Source: Octopus sinensis (lineage: Eukaryota). Taken from it: a stretch of 64,000 nt of DNA. Positions 28,071 through 41,328 of this stretch are shown piece by piece. Under the pieces are notes generated by a model that saw only the letters and a program-made list of their open reading frames with translations, did no database searches and was not told where the DNA came from. Position 1 is the stretch's first letter. The number at the start of each line of letters is the position of its first letter. The stretch lies in contig NC_043018.1 of NCBI RefSeq assembly GCF_006345805.1, positions 16,430,001-16,494,000 on the forward strand, given 5' to 3'. The translations under genes were made by a program, and so were the position numbers.

Positions 28071-29241
28071 ACGCCTTGTGAGTGGATTTGCTTGACGGAA
28101 ACTGAAAGAAGCCCGTCGTATATATGTATGTAAAATATATATATATATATGTGTGAGTGCGTGAGTATGTTTGTATGTCTGTGTTTGTCTCGTCAAACTT
28201 CGCTTGACAACCGATGCTGGTGTGTTTACTTAGCGGTTCGGCAATAGAGATCGATACAAACAATAAGACTTGGGGTCGATTTGCTCGACTAAAAGCGGTG
28301 CTCCAGCATGGCCACAGTCAAACGACTAAAACAAGTAAAAGAGAGTAAGTGTAATGCTTACTTATTCACATCGTTTTGAATTAATCATGTATCATCTCAT
28401 AGCTTTGAGATTTCGACGATGTGATTGTTTATTTTTAGAATAAAATTGTAGAGTAGGTGTGATAGGTCGTATCTGGCCAGTCTCAACTTAAAACAGGTAG
28501 AATATTTGGGTTTGATATGGTTTGTTTAAATGTTAAGGGGTTAAACAGGTAATAAATCATTTGCTGTTGTTTGGCAAATTTTGTCGAGTTCTATACAAAA
28601 ACGTGGAACGGCACCAGCTGTAATATTTTCTTACTAAGAATTCTCTGAAAGAGATTTTTTTTTACAAAGAAGACGCGGGCGGGATTTTTTTTTTTTTTTT
28701 TTTGTTTTTTTATATATTTCTCTATGAGAAAATATATTACAATAGTGTCATTCCACGATTGTGTGTACATGCAGATTGCAAGAGAGAACGGATAAACGAC
28801 TGATAGATTGTTAAAAAAAACCCAGACAGATAGAGAGGCAGGTAGGTAGGTAGACACATAGATATTTAGATAAATAGAGAGAGGGAGAGAGAGAGAGAGC
28901 TTGATGGAGAAACGCACAGAGAAATGGATCGTCGGTCGACAGATAGAAAGGTAGATTCAATATAAACATATGCATTAGTGAATACATATAAATACGTACA
29001 TGTACATACATACATGCATACATACATATATTTATATATGTGTATGTATGTATGTATGTATATAATTTTACTAGTTTCATTCATTTGACTGCGGCAATTC
29101 TGGAGCACTGCTCAAAAGCGATGGTGGAAGGCAAACATAGACACAAACACATAATATTTATGTGTGTATATATAGATATAATATATATATATATTATATA
29201 TTATATATATATAATAATATATATATATAATATATAATACT

Positions 29242-29283
<42 letters not shown>

Positions 29284-29284
29284 T

Positions 29285-29319
<35 letters not shown>

Positions 29320-29321
<2 letters not shown>

Positions 29322-29797
29322 GTGAAATAGAAAGATGGATAATCTTGTTGCAGATTAATCAAAAGTTTAACCGACACCTTGGTAGAAAATCACAGCAGAA
29401 GACAGCACGGTTGGAGGTACAACCATATGGGTTGCAACCGTGCGTTGGTGCAGATAATTGAATTTTAATATTATTAGTGAATTGAAGAAATGGAGTTGAA
29501 CGAAGATTGAACAGAAATCGTTTTATTGCATTCTACACGTGTTTCGAAAGGACATTTACCAAATTCCGATTGAATAAGGAGACCATATTGTGTCTTTCTC
29601 TTCAGGAAGAAATAGGAAATCTGTTCTGTTTTTGTTTTTCCAACGGATTTCCTATTTCTTCCTGAAGAGAAAGACACATATGGTCTCCTTATTCTCAATG
29701 GAATTTGGTAAATTGTGCCTTTCGAAACACGTGTAGAATGCATAAAACGATTTCTGTTCAATCTTCGTTCAACTCCATTTCTTCAATTCACTAATAA
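29320..29797. mobile_element. Penelope-like terminal repeat with fold-back inversion (arms 29471-29625 and 29642-29797)
   Basis: Homologous to 12850-13200; arms of about 155 bp pair almost perfectly around a 16-nt loop. Confidence 0.7.
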
Positions 29798-29867
29798 TAT
29801 ATATATATATGTATATGTATATGTATATATATGTATATATGTATATATATATATGTATGTATATATG

Positions 29868-29921
<54 letters not shown>

Positions 29922-30170
29922 ACACACACATGGCGGGCTTCTTTTTGTATTCGTCTACGGTGACTACTCAGAATGTTTAAGTCGGCCGGAAGGTATAGAT
30001 GAGGACACTTGCCCGAGGTGTCACATTATGGGATTGAACCTGAAGCCATGTGGTTAGGAAGTAAACTTCTTGCCACACATCCACGCCGTGTGTCAGTGTG
30101 TATGGTTGTGTGACTCTATGTTAATGGTGTCTTTCTTTGTTTTTTTCTCTTCTCTCTCTCTCTCTCTCTG

Positions 30171-30201
<31 letters not shown>

Positions 30202-30729
30202 CACGTATATATATAGAGAGAGACGGTGAGAGAGAAAGAGAGAGGACGAGAGAGAGAGAGAAAAGAGAGAGAGGACCAGAGAGAGAGGGCACAAGAAAGA
30301 GAGAGGACAAGAGAGAGAGAGGACAAGAAAGAGAGAGTAGAAAGAAAGAGAGAGAGAGGAGAAAGAGAGAGATAGGACAAGGGAGAGAGGAAAGAGAGAG
30401 AAAGAGGACAAGAGTGAGAAAGAGAGGACAAGAGACAGAGAGAGGACGAGAGAGAGGACAAGATAGAGAGAGAGAAAAACAGTATGGCCGTAGATATAGG
30501 AAGCGATGTTAATCTGATTAAATGAGAAAAGCCAGAAGGTTTTGCTTGTTTGCCAAATTAGAAGAGACAAGCAGTCAAGGTATCATTATAAATATTATCG
30601 AAATCATAGAGTTACCATTAATTTTGATTAACTGATGCCACTGATTCTGTGCTAACGATTTCCTTCGACAGACGCACAACGACGCCCTCCATCGAGATTG
30701 CGACTCTCTTCATTCCAGACCGTTTGTTG

Positions 30730-31209
30730 CCGTAGTAGTAGTAGTAGTAGTAGTAGTTGGTGGTGGTGGTGTTGGTGATGGTGGTGGTGGTGGCGGCGGT
30801 GGTAGTGGTGGTGGTGGTGGTGGTGGTGGTGGTGGTGTTGGTGATTGTGGTGGTGGTGGCGGCGGTGGTAGTGGTGGTGGTGGGTGGTTGGTGGTGGTGG
30901 TGGTGTGATGGTGTGGTGGTGTTGTGATGGTTGGTTGTGGTGCGGCGGTCGGTGGTAGTGGTGGGTTGGTGGTGTTGGTTGATGGGGTGGTGGTGGCGGC
31001 GGTGGTAGTGGTGGTGGTGGTGGTGTGGTGTTGGCGGTTGGTGGTAGGGTTAGTGGTGGTGGTGTTGGTGGTGTTGGTGGTAGTGGTGGCGGTGGGAATG
31101 GTGGTGGTATTGATGGTGGGGGCCGGGGTTGTTTGTGATGTTGTAGTCGTTGTTGTCGATGTCGGTGGTCGTCGTGTTGGCTGTATGGTTGTGGTGGTAG
31201 TGGTGGTGG

Positions 31210-31247
<38 letters not shown>

Positions 31248-31760
31248 GTGTTGGTGGTAGTGTTGTTGATGATAATAGTGCTTGTGGAGATGATGTTGAC
31301 GACGACGATGACGACAACGACGATTATGACGACAACGACGACGCTGACGATGATGATGATGATGATGATGATGATAATAGTGATGGTGGTAATGATGGTT
31401 GTAGAGTTGTTGTTGTTGTTGTTATTGGTGGTGGTGGTGTAAGTGATGATGACAGCGGCAATGCTGACGACTTCGGTTGCGTGCTAGGGGTGGTGCTGAT
31501 GATGGTGTTGCAGATGTTGGGGTGAGGGTATTGGTGGTGCTGGAGGTTGTGTCAGTGGTGGTGGTGGTGGTGGTGTCTCTAGTGGTTTTAGTGGTAGAAC
31601 GGTAGCGGCGGTCGTTGTCCTCATCATCACCACCACCATCATCATCATCATCATCACAACACCACCACCACAACCACCATCACCTTCATCATCATCATCA
31701 CTAACAACACCACCACCACCATCACCACCATCATCCTCATCCTCATCTTCATCATCATCA
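30730..31760. repeat. Degenerate (GGT)n/(GAT)n/(GTT)n trinucleotide tract
   Basis: Direct reading; several frames are open only because of the repeat. Confidence 0.9.
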
Positions 31761-32122
31761 CAGTGTACTATTTCTGATTTACTTTTATGTAGGTTTTGTG
31801 TGTATTTTCTTTTTCTGTTGTTTTTCCTTCGTTATTTAATACCTTTTTTTTTATTTTTTGCGCCTATCTCGCATTCCTTCTGGAAGGATTGATTGATGAT
31901 GTTAACATTCAATGACGTTTAGCGTTGAAAACAAATCTATGACAATTCAAATTCGTACAAGGAACTGGATACTCGGAGTTAAGGTGAATTACGAGGGATG
32001 TATGAAAAGTCTTGAGCTTCAAAAACATGGTACAAGAGTTCTGAGGAAGGTACAAGACTTCAAGGATCAAAGGCCCAAGACTTTTCATACACCCTCGCAT
32101 GTTAGTTTTGGAGTATGGAAAC

Positions 32123-32646
32123 TATCGGGTTGTCCGATTTTTAAAGGAAAGAAAAAGGTCAATAAATACTTGCCATTACATTTTTAATCAACCAAATATG
32201 AACCATTTTGTTGCACAATGCGTCTCCATCTTTCCTTTAACTTGAAAATACCCTCTTCCCAGAATTGAGGTGGTTTCATGGCAAAGAATTCTTATCATCC
32301 ATTTTAAAGGGTTACAGAATTAGCACAGATTATAGGAGCATAAACCTTCTTCCACGAAAAGATAGCTTAAACTGTGCTTTAAATGGAGGTGTAGTAAAAT
32401 CCTATTTTATGGACTCAACCATACTCTTTACTCTTTTATACTCTTTTACTAGTTTCAGTCATTTGACTGTGGCCATGCTGGAGCACCGCCTTTAATCGAG
32501 CAACTCGACCCCGGGACTTATTCTTTTGTAAGCCCAGTACTTATTCTATCGGTTCTCTTTTGCCGAACCGCTAAGTAACCGGACATAAACACACCAGCAT
32601 CGGTTGTCAAGCAATGCTAGGGGGACAAACACAGACACACACATAC

Positions 32647-32687
<41 letters not shown>

Positions 32688-32926
32688 TACGACAGGCTTC
32701 TTTCAGTTTCCGTCTACCAAATCCACTCACAAGGCTTTGGTCGACCCGGGGCTATAGCAGAAGACACTTGCTCAAGATGCCACGCAGTGGGACTGAACCC
32801 GGAACCATGTGGTTGGTAAACAAGCTACTTACTACACAGCCACTCCTGCGCCTATGAACCATATTCTAAAATTAGTCGAAAGGTAAGCTACTATAAATCG
32901 GCATGAACTTTCCGGACAACCCAATA
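32123..32926 (-). mobile_element. Internally deleted mariner element with an inserted SINE
   Basis: TIR pair TATCGGGTTGTCCG (32123) and CGGACAACCCAATA (to 32926); the minus strand at about 32180-32270 reads KPPQFWEEGIFKLKERWRRIVQQNGSYLVD* (mariner C-terminus). Confidence 0.75.
32440..32853 (-). mobile_element. SINE family A copy nested in the mariner element
   Basis: Reverse-complement full match to the family. Confidence 0.85.
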
Positions 32927-33042
32927 CTTACAACGAACTGAATTATTCCGAACAGTAGCGATGATAGAAAGCGAACCAAGTACCACAACATTGTCTGTTC
33001 TCCATCTCATCAAGTAGTACTTAGAAAGGATGAAAGGCAAAG

Positions 33043-33596
33043 TCGACCTCGACTGAATTTGAAATCAGAACGTAAAGACGGACGAAATGCCGCTAAGCAT
33101 TTTGCCCGGCGTGCTAACGTTTCTGCCAGCTCACCAACTAGCACCAACTTAATGATGTCACTTATTTTACTAAATTCTTCCTTATTTTCGAAAACCGTAT
33201 TTCAACAGAAATATGGTAACGAAAATATTATAAAGATTCTAGTGGAGCCAAACTACCAACACGACCAGTTTTAATAATAAATACAACATCCACAGATATA
33301 AATAAGATCTAGTGTGTTCTCGACCTCGACTGAATTTGAAATCAGAACGTAAAGACGGACGAAATACCGCTAAGCATTTTGCCCGGCGTGCTAACGTTTC
33401 TGCCAGCTCACCAACTAACACCAATTTAATGATGTCAGTTATTTTGCTAAATTCTTCCTTATTTTCAAAAACAGTATTCCAACAGAAATATGGTAACGAA
33501 AAAATTATAAAGATTCTAGTGGAGCCAAACTACAAAGACGACCAGTTGTAATAATAAATACAACATCCACAGATATAAATAAGATCTAGTGTGTTC
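33043..33596. repeat. Tandem duplication of a 277-bp unit
   Basis: TCGACCTCGACTGAATTTGAAATCAGAACG starts at 33043 and 33320; both units end GATCTAGTGTGTTC. Confidence 0.9.
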
Positions 33597-33955
33597 TCAT
33601 TGACCTATAATCCCAGTGCAATTCATTATCTTTTAGTATCTTTGATACCTGAAACTCGTCATCAATTACAAATAAGCGTGCACGTTTAAACATTGTCCTA
33701 TCAAATGTTTAATCTATTTAGTAAAAGTCAGCTCTACTTTTTTTTTGTTGCTGTTATTGATAATTTTTTCTAATTGAAAAAGAAATAGTAAATAAAGTTA
33801 ACTTTTGTTTGACATTTTCATTTCTCGTCGAACGCAACTGAAAAAGAATGAAATTGAATTAAATCGTCATCCGTGTTTCATGCTAGATGTATATATTTAC
33901 TGATGAAAGGCATGATACTGTGTTCTTAATGAGGCATAAGCTCTTCAAAGACATG

Positions 33956-34006
<51 letters not shown>

Positions 34007-34028
34007 GCACACACACACACACACAAAC

Positions 34029-34064
<36 letters not shown>

Positions 34065-34301
34065 CAAAGGCAGGTTTACGGAAATAAACAAAAGACGAAG
34101 GCAGGTGGAATACAAACAAACAATTGTATTAGTATGACGCTCAGGAAATATAAATAAAACAAGTCTTTAACGTTTCGAGCCTACGCTCTTCAACAGAAAG
34201 ATACACATAGAAAAAACACAGAAAGAAGGAGAGAAAAAAAATATATATAACTATAAGGTAGTCAGAATGCTGTTTGATTATATATATATATACTTTTTAT
34301 C

Positions 34302-34749
34302 TACATTTTATTTACACTTAATGCACTTTCTTCCGTTATCGGATTTATCAAAAAGTGGTTTGAAGTTAGATTTCTTGGCCATTTTATTTATAAAATGTTG
34401 TGGGGTTTGCAAAGCAAGGGGGAAGAAAGAAGAAAGAAAAGTTTGAGGAGGGCAAGGTAAAGAGGCGTGGCTTTTGTATTGACATGATTAGACTTGTTTG
34501 TTTAATACTTATTGACCTTCTCTACCCTAAAAGTTCACTAAGTATTAAAAAAACAAGTCTGACCAAACCAAAACAAAATCCACGCCTTTTTACCTCCCAC
34601 TCCTCCTCAAATATTTTTCTTCTTTCTTCTCCTTTGCTGGGCAAACCCCACAATTTATTACATTTAAAAAGACCAAGAAATCTAACGTTAAACCGCTCTT
34701 TGATAAATCCGATAACAGAAGAAAGCGCTATAAGTGTAAATAAAATGTA
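34302..34749. repeat. Long imperfect inverted repeat (about 210-bp arms, 27-nt loop)
   Basis: TACATTTTATTTACACTT...TCGGATTTATCAAA...TTAATACTTA versus TAAGTATTAA...TTTGATAAATCCGA...AAGTGTAAATAAAATGTA. Confidence 0.8.
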
Positions 34750-34883
34750 ATATATATATATATATATATATATTATAATATATATATATAATAATTCAAC
34801 ACTCTGAATACCTTTTTATTTTAAATGTACAATATCTGTACATCAATTCAACCCCCTCTTCTCTCTTCTCTCCTCTCTCTCTC

Positions 34884-34948
<65 letters not shown>

Positions 34949-35110
34949 TATATAATAGAAATATTAAAATTACTAAGGCTCTCTTTAGAGAGACTTAGTA
35001 ATTTTAATATTTCTATTATTGAAAACAAGTGGATGTAATTCCACTGAAAGTAGGTAAATAGATTCTTCGAACAGGGACAGTCAGTAGCGACACCTGCTGG
35101 GTCTGACTAC

Positions 35111-35153
35111 GCTGCATTGATAAAGGGCAAATACCCTGAAACATGTCTGCAGC
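35111..35153 (+). ncRNA. Minimal type I hammerhead ribozyme-like motif (U3-A8 core variant)
   Basis: GCTGCA-TTGATAA-AGGG caaata CCCT-GAAAC at GTC-TGCAGC: perfect 6-bp stem I, 4-bp stem II, palindromic minimal stem III (ACATGT), GUC triplet. Confidence 0.6.
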
Positions 35154-35909
35154 TGTCTGACTGGCAGGATGAAGCGGCTGACCTCCCCTGTTCGAAGGTT
35201 TATAATGGACGCAGGTTGTGTGTCAAATAGCTAGCTTGAGGCGGTGGCCTCTTGGAGCTAATCAGCGACAGCTTTAGTCTTATATTTATAAGACTGCCAT
35301 ATAAGTATGGCGATAACTATTAATTATATATATATATATATAGATATAGATATAAATATGTATATATTGCATCTAGAATGTTATCCTCCGAGACAAAAGT
35401 CCGGGAAAAGTCTTTTTTTATGAAGACCATCTACCGTCCATGCATAGCAGTCTCCCGTCTCTACGCCACCGATGTTATCGAAAGGACAGGTAAAGGCCGA
35501 TGCAGCTTGGCACCAGCGACTTCGTTACTCATTTCTACAGCTGAGTGAACTGGAGCAAAGCGAAATAAAGTGTCTTGCTCAAGAACACAGCACACAGCTC
35601 GGTCTGAGAATCGAACTCACTAAATAATCACGATCACCCTAGTTGTGGGTCGTAGGTAAGTGAATCCTAGACGGGATCAATAAAGAGGGTGGAACGTTTT
35701 CAAAAATTAGCGGCCATTTTCGTCTGGACGGGAGCTGAAACACCCCGTGATTAGTACTCGTGTGGGCGACTGGATTACAAATTAGGCGCACGCAGGGATT
35801 ACGTTAGTGTAGCCAATACGTGAGAGGAAGTTCCAGCTATCTTGGTTTCCTAAATGCAGCGATATGGACTTGAACAGATCTAGGATAATCACCTCGGTTG
35901 TACTCGGAG

Positions 35910-36710
35910 TTTACATTAATAGAGAAAGAAATAAAGAAAAGAGAAAGAAAAAAGGAAAGAAGGAAATAAGTAAGAAAGAATGAAAGAATGAATGAATGAA
36001 TGAATGAATGGAGTAGAGTGAGAAGACAAAAAAAGAAAAATGAAAAATGCTGAAGAAGAGCAGAAAGGAGAGGAATAGAAAAAGGAGGAGGATGAAAAGA
36101 AGAACGAGGAAGAAGAAAAGTAGGAGGAAGAGTAAAAGGTGGAAGGAAGAGAAAGAGGAGGGGAGGAACAATAAAAGGAGAAAGAAGACGAGGAGGAGGG
36201 AGAAGAGGGAAGGTTGGAAGGAGGAGGAGGAAGAGGAAGGGGAAGAAGAGGAGGAAGAAGAGGAGGAAGAAGAGGGGGAAGAGGAGGAGGAAGACGATGA
36301 GGAAGGCGAAGAGAAGAAGAGGTGAGAGGAGAGGAGGAGGAGGAGGGGGAGTGGAAGAGGACGAGGAATATATAAAGCGGAGGAGGAGGATAATATATAA
36401 AGAAGAAGAGAGGAGTAGGAGGAGTATGAGGGATAGAAGAGTATAGGATTGGAAGGAGGAGGAAGAAGAGGGGGAAGAGGAGGAGGAAGAAGAGGGGGAA
36501 GAGGAGGAGGAAGACGATGAGGAAGACGATGAGGAAGACGAAGAGGAGGAAGAGGTGAGAGGAGAGAAGGAGGAGGAAGGGGAGTGGAAGAGGACGAGGA
36601 ATATATAAAGCGGAGGAGGAGGAATAATATAAAGAAGAAGAAGAAGAAGAAGAAGGAGGAGAAGGAGTAGGAGGAGAAGGAGGAGGAGAAGGGGGAGGAG
36701 AAGAAGCAGC
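35910..36710. repeat. Polypurine (GAA/GGA)n tract with an internal direct duplication
   Basis: GGAGTGGAAGAGGACGAGGAATATATAAAGCGGAGG occurs at about 36348 and about 36582. Confidence 0.85.
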
Positions 36711-37116
36711 GACGACAGCTTTTATTTGACAAATTTGCCAGTTTTAATTTTTTTAGCTCCAAAAATTGTGTTTCAATATAAAGATTATGGAATAAAGTGG
36801 AACATTAAGGCTGTGTAAATAAATACTAAGCTAGCATATTGAATTATTTAAAGTAAGTTTAACTAAGCAGATACTAAATCAGGGAATGTAAATACGAAAC
36901 AAATAAATAAACACTAAAATGGAAACAGTGAATATATCTTCCCGAGTGAAAGCAAAATGTCTACAAATCGATTAAGTATTTTCATTTTTTAAAAGTCTTC
37001 TTCGCTTTTATCAACATTTTTTTCTTTGATGTAAATGTTTCTCAGTTGTTCGTTATTCGTTTCACATATACGCTTGTTACTTCTCTACACATCAATGTGT
37101 CTGAATGTTACACGTA

Positions 37117-37157
<41 letters not shown>

Positions 37158-38821
37158 TTTGGGGTATGGTAGATGAGTTCAGCAAAAATTTAGATTCAGA
37201 TGAATACGGTACTTAAGTTGGGGCACCAGAATTTAGTGCGGTATTATCCATACAATTTCAAAATAAGGTGGTTGAAATCAAAATAAGCAACAAGAATATG
37301 AAGCGGTAATACAGTACGATCGTTTCACGCAACTCCATTTAATTGAACAATACAACAATTACATCAATTTAAATGCAGAGCAATCCTCAGCTGCACAAAG
37401 ACATAGAATTTAATTAAATTAAAACAGTTGGACACATTATAATATTACTTAAAATCTCCAGCAAGTTAAGGAGATAGACAAAGAACATGCTGCCTTCACT
37501 TCAACTTAAAAGCTACTAAGGTATCAGGAAGAAAGACTTCTTACAAATTTTGCTTGTCACTGTTTTATGGGGTCAGTTTTAATTTATAGACTAGTTTTAT
37601 CAAAACCTTTTATATCTAAGGCCGAGAGAACAAGGGGCAGCGTCTGTTAGGGGTAGGGCTGAGGGAGTTATCAGAAATCATAGTGGGTATAGCCATAAAA
37701 AATCAAGATTTATTTGAAGCAATATCATGAGATTTGGTAAAGGAAAAGCGTAAACCAAGATGTTAGCTGACATCTAGTTAGTTGGTGGTCAAGGTAATGT
37801 GAGGGGAGGATGGGAGAGAATTGGGGGAGGGATTGGAAGAGATGAGAAGGTAAGGAGTGAATAAGTGTGAGATATATGAGCAGGGGTGATATGATAGAAC
37901 CGCATTAAAGGATGGGTAGCGAAAAGGTATGGTGGGGTGATAATAAAGTGAGTAGTAGTTTTAGTGGTAAAATTTAAAGTGGAGGGAAGAATACAAGGAT
38001 GTATATATATATATAATAAATAAATAATATATATATATATATAAATATATATATATATAAAATTCAACTCCATCTGGTGAGATATAAATATTGTTTAACG
38101 TACACTGATTATAGTTATGAATTACAAATCGTTTCATACATTGAATATATTATCTAGGCAGGTTTTAAAACACGCCTTGTGTCCCCAAGTAATCTTCACG
38201 CTCTAGGTACATGGCCTATACAAGTTAGAAATCAGGACAATAAAACAAGGGAAATCACGAGAAATTTCGGGATGAAGGTGGACTCAAAAAGGGGAACGGT
38301 GGAAAGCAGAAACAGAAAAAGAAAAGAATAAAGAATAAAGAATTAGAGTTTTGTCGTAGAGTCGTATGTCTAGATGGTGTAGAATCAACGGAAGGAGTCT
38401 AAAGTCCGCGATGCAGCTGTTCAATCCGTAGAGGGTGGTGTTCTCCAATTCGCCAAAAGAAACTTGTCCATGTGTGTGCCTTTGCTGAAAATTTGTGATC
38501 TAGAATTCAACATTCCAGTGGAATTCTTAGATCTAAAAACGGGTAAACAATGACATTTACAAATAAAAGACTGGTTGCTTTTTCGTGTGTGCAAATTTAT
38601 TTCTCTATTTATTCTATACTACGAAGCCTGGACTACTTTTCTGGTCGAAATAACACAATGACACCTGGAAACGAAAGGCTGGGTGTTATTTCATGTGTGC
38701 GTAAATATATTTCTGTATAACACTATGCTATAGAACTTGGGCTATTTTTTGTGTGCTACCCTCTGTAAAATATATATTGTGAACTGTTCTATTATTGGTG
38801 ATATAATATACATGTGTGAGT

Positions 38822-39300
38822 CTATATGTGTGTGTCTGTGTGTCTGTGTATCTATGTATGTGTCTCTGTGTGTGTATGACTATGTGTCTCTGTGTGTGTT
38901 CTTGTGGGCGTATTTTTATTTGTGTGTGTGTGTGTGTGTACGACTATGTGTGTATGTGTGTCTGTATCTGTATGCGCCTGCGTGTGCTTGTGTGTGTATC
39001 TGTATGTGTAACTGTGTGTGTGGGGTGAGTGTGCTTGCTTGCGTGTGTGTATGCGTGCGTTTATATGTGTGTGTCTGTGTGTCTGTGTATCTATGTATGT
39101 GTCTCTGTGTGTGTATTAGAGTGTGTGTGTGTTCTTGTGGGCGTATTTTTATTTGTGTGTGTGTGTATGACTATGTGTGTATGTGTGTCTGTATCTGTAT
39201 CTGTATGCGTATGCGTGTGTTTGTGTGTGTATCTGTATGTGTATCTGTGTGGGGGGTGAGTGTGCTTGCTTGCTTGCGTGTGTGTATGCGTGCGTGTGTC
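38822..39300. repeat. Tandem duplication of an about 240-bp TG-rich unit
   Basis: GTTCTTGTGGGCGTATTTTTATTTGTG and GGGGTGAGTGTGCTTGCTTG each occur twice, about 230-240 bp apart. Confidence 0.8.
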
Positions 39301-39788
39301 TCTGTGTGCGTGTGCGTATTCGAGTTCATCTTGTTATTCGTTTCTTCTTTTTGAACAAACGACAAACAGATTTCTGAAAAATATTCGTCGCTTGGTAATT
39401 CGCAACTATCTTTGAGCGATTCCTTTCGCTTCAAAAGCATAAATAAGTTTTCTTTACTTCATGCATCAACAAACGCTACGATGTTACATATTTTGTAGTT
39501 AACCAATCCCTTTATTTCAATCAAATTTTCTGTTTTTTTTGCTGCATTTCATTTTAATGTCGCCGGTGAACGGGCTATCTTATATACGCTAACATAAAGA
39601 AATATATATATATATAAATACAAATAGCCATCTGTCGTTCGACAAACAAACATATTTTAAAGTGCTGTCATCATTGTTTGTATTCGCTACGTATTTTCAG
39701 GTACAATTGCTTTGGGGATGATAATCATCTTTAATAATACGATTTATACAGTTTTATCTGCACGTATATGTGTGTGTATATATGTATG

Positions 39789-39844
<56 letters not shown>

Positions 39845-39852
39845 TATATATG

Positions 39853-39963
<111 letters not shown>

Positions 39964-40025
39964 TATATATATATATCATATATATATATATACAGATACG
40001 CATATATATATTACATATACGTGTG

Positions 40026-40079
<54 letters not shown>

Positions 40080-40542
40080 ATAGATCGATAGATAGATAGA
40101 GATAGATAGTATAGATAGTAGATAGATAGATAGATAGATAGATATAGATAGATAGATTTTATTATTTATATATGTGTGTGTGTGTTGTGTGTGTGTGTGT
40201 GTGCGTGTACATACGACAGAAAAGAGATAGATCTTGTTAAAAATAAGACGTTCGAGTAGTTAAAATAGAATTAAAAGGAAATTAAGAATTAAATAAAATG
40301 AAAATAAGCGTGAAAGGGTATCACTGTAAAAGTCATAAAAAATATGGAGGATGCTAAAAGGGGAAGAGAAACACAATTATTTGGGAGAATAGAACAGAAA
40401 AGAGGGGTTGCTGCTAGAGAGGTGTGACGGGGAAAAGGAGAGACAGAAAGAAAGAACATAGCACGGAACTGAGGCTTAAACATACGTATCTGTTTATATA
40501 TGTGTGTATATGAAATGGCGCCGAGTTGACAGGATCTTTAGC

Positions 40543-40642
40543 NNNNNNNNNNNNNNNNNNNNNNNNNNNNNNNNNNNNNNNNNNNNNNNNNNNNNNNNNN
40601 NNNNNNNNNNNNNNNNNNNNNNNNNNNNNNNNNNNNNNNNNN
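40543..40642. other. Assembly gap (100 N, probably of unknown true size)
   Basis: Exactly 100 Ns. Confidence 0.98.
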
Positions 40643-41237
40643 AGAGACATTAATGTCCATCCTTAATAAATGACAATGAAGCAACGAGGCAAGAAAGCCG
40701 GTTTCTCTTTCTTTCTTTCATTTTAGTTCATATAGAGACAAATAAACCAAAGTAACTAGATTTGAAAATCATATAAAGGTTAAGATTTCCATTTCAAAAG
40801 TTATTTTCAAGATGGAGGATTGTTTTGTCCCTTCTTTTGGAAACGTCGTTTTCATATCTTATTTAAAATGCGTAGAGGAGTATATAGGACAAAAAATAAT
40901 GACCGTAAAAAAAGAAGTGCTGGCTTGATTCTCCAGTTGCAGACGAGAAAATCTCGGTTAAAATCTGCTGAGATTCATGAATCAAAATTTTAATTTATTA
41001 ATTTATGTCAGAATAGTGCTGATAAATTCCAACAGGCTGATTGAAGAATATCGGGGGTGGCGGGCATTTAAAAGTAGACACAGTGGCTGTGTGATAAGTA
41101 GCTTGCTTACCACAACCACGTGATTCCGGGTTCAGTCCCACTGCGTGGCACCTTGGGTATTTCTGTCATACTATAGCTTCGTACTGACCAAAGCTTTGTG
41201 AGTGGATTTGGTAGACGGAAACAGAAAGAAGATCGTC

Positions 41238-41328
<91 letters not shown>

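Noticed and set aside
30652-31673. Pro/His-rich and Val/Met-rich ORFs (extensin- or HRG-like)
   Set aside because: A degenerate GGT/GAT tract opens frames on both strands; there is no non-repetitive domain
35911-36762. 283-aa Ser/Leu/Pro ORF and an acidic Glu-rich ORF
   Set aside because: Products of a polypurine GAA/GGA tract
38380-38520. Possible Penelope ORF C-terminus on the minus strand (NTTLYGLNS)
   Set aside because: Too short and degenerate to call
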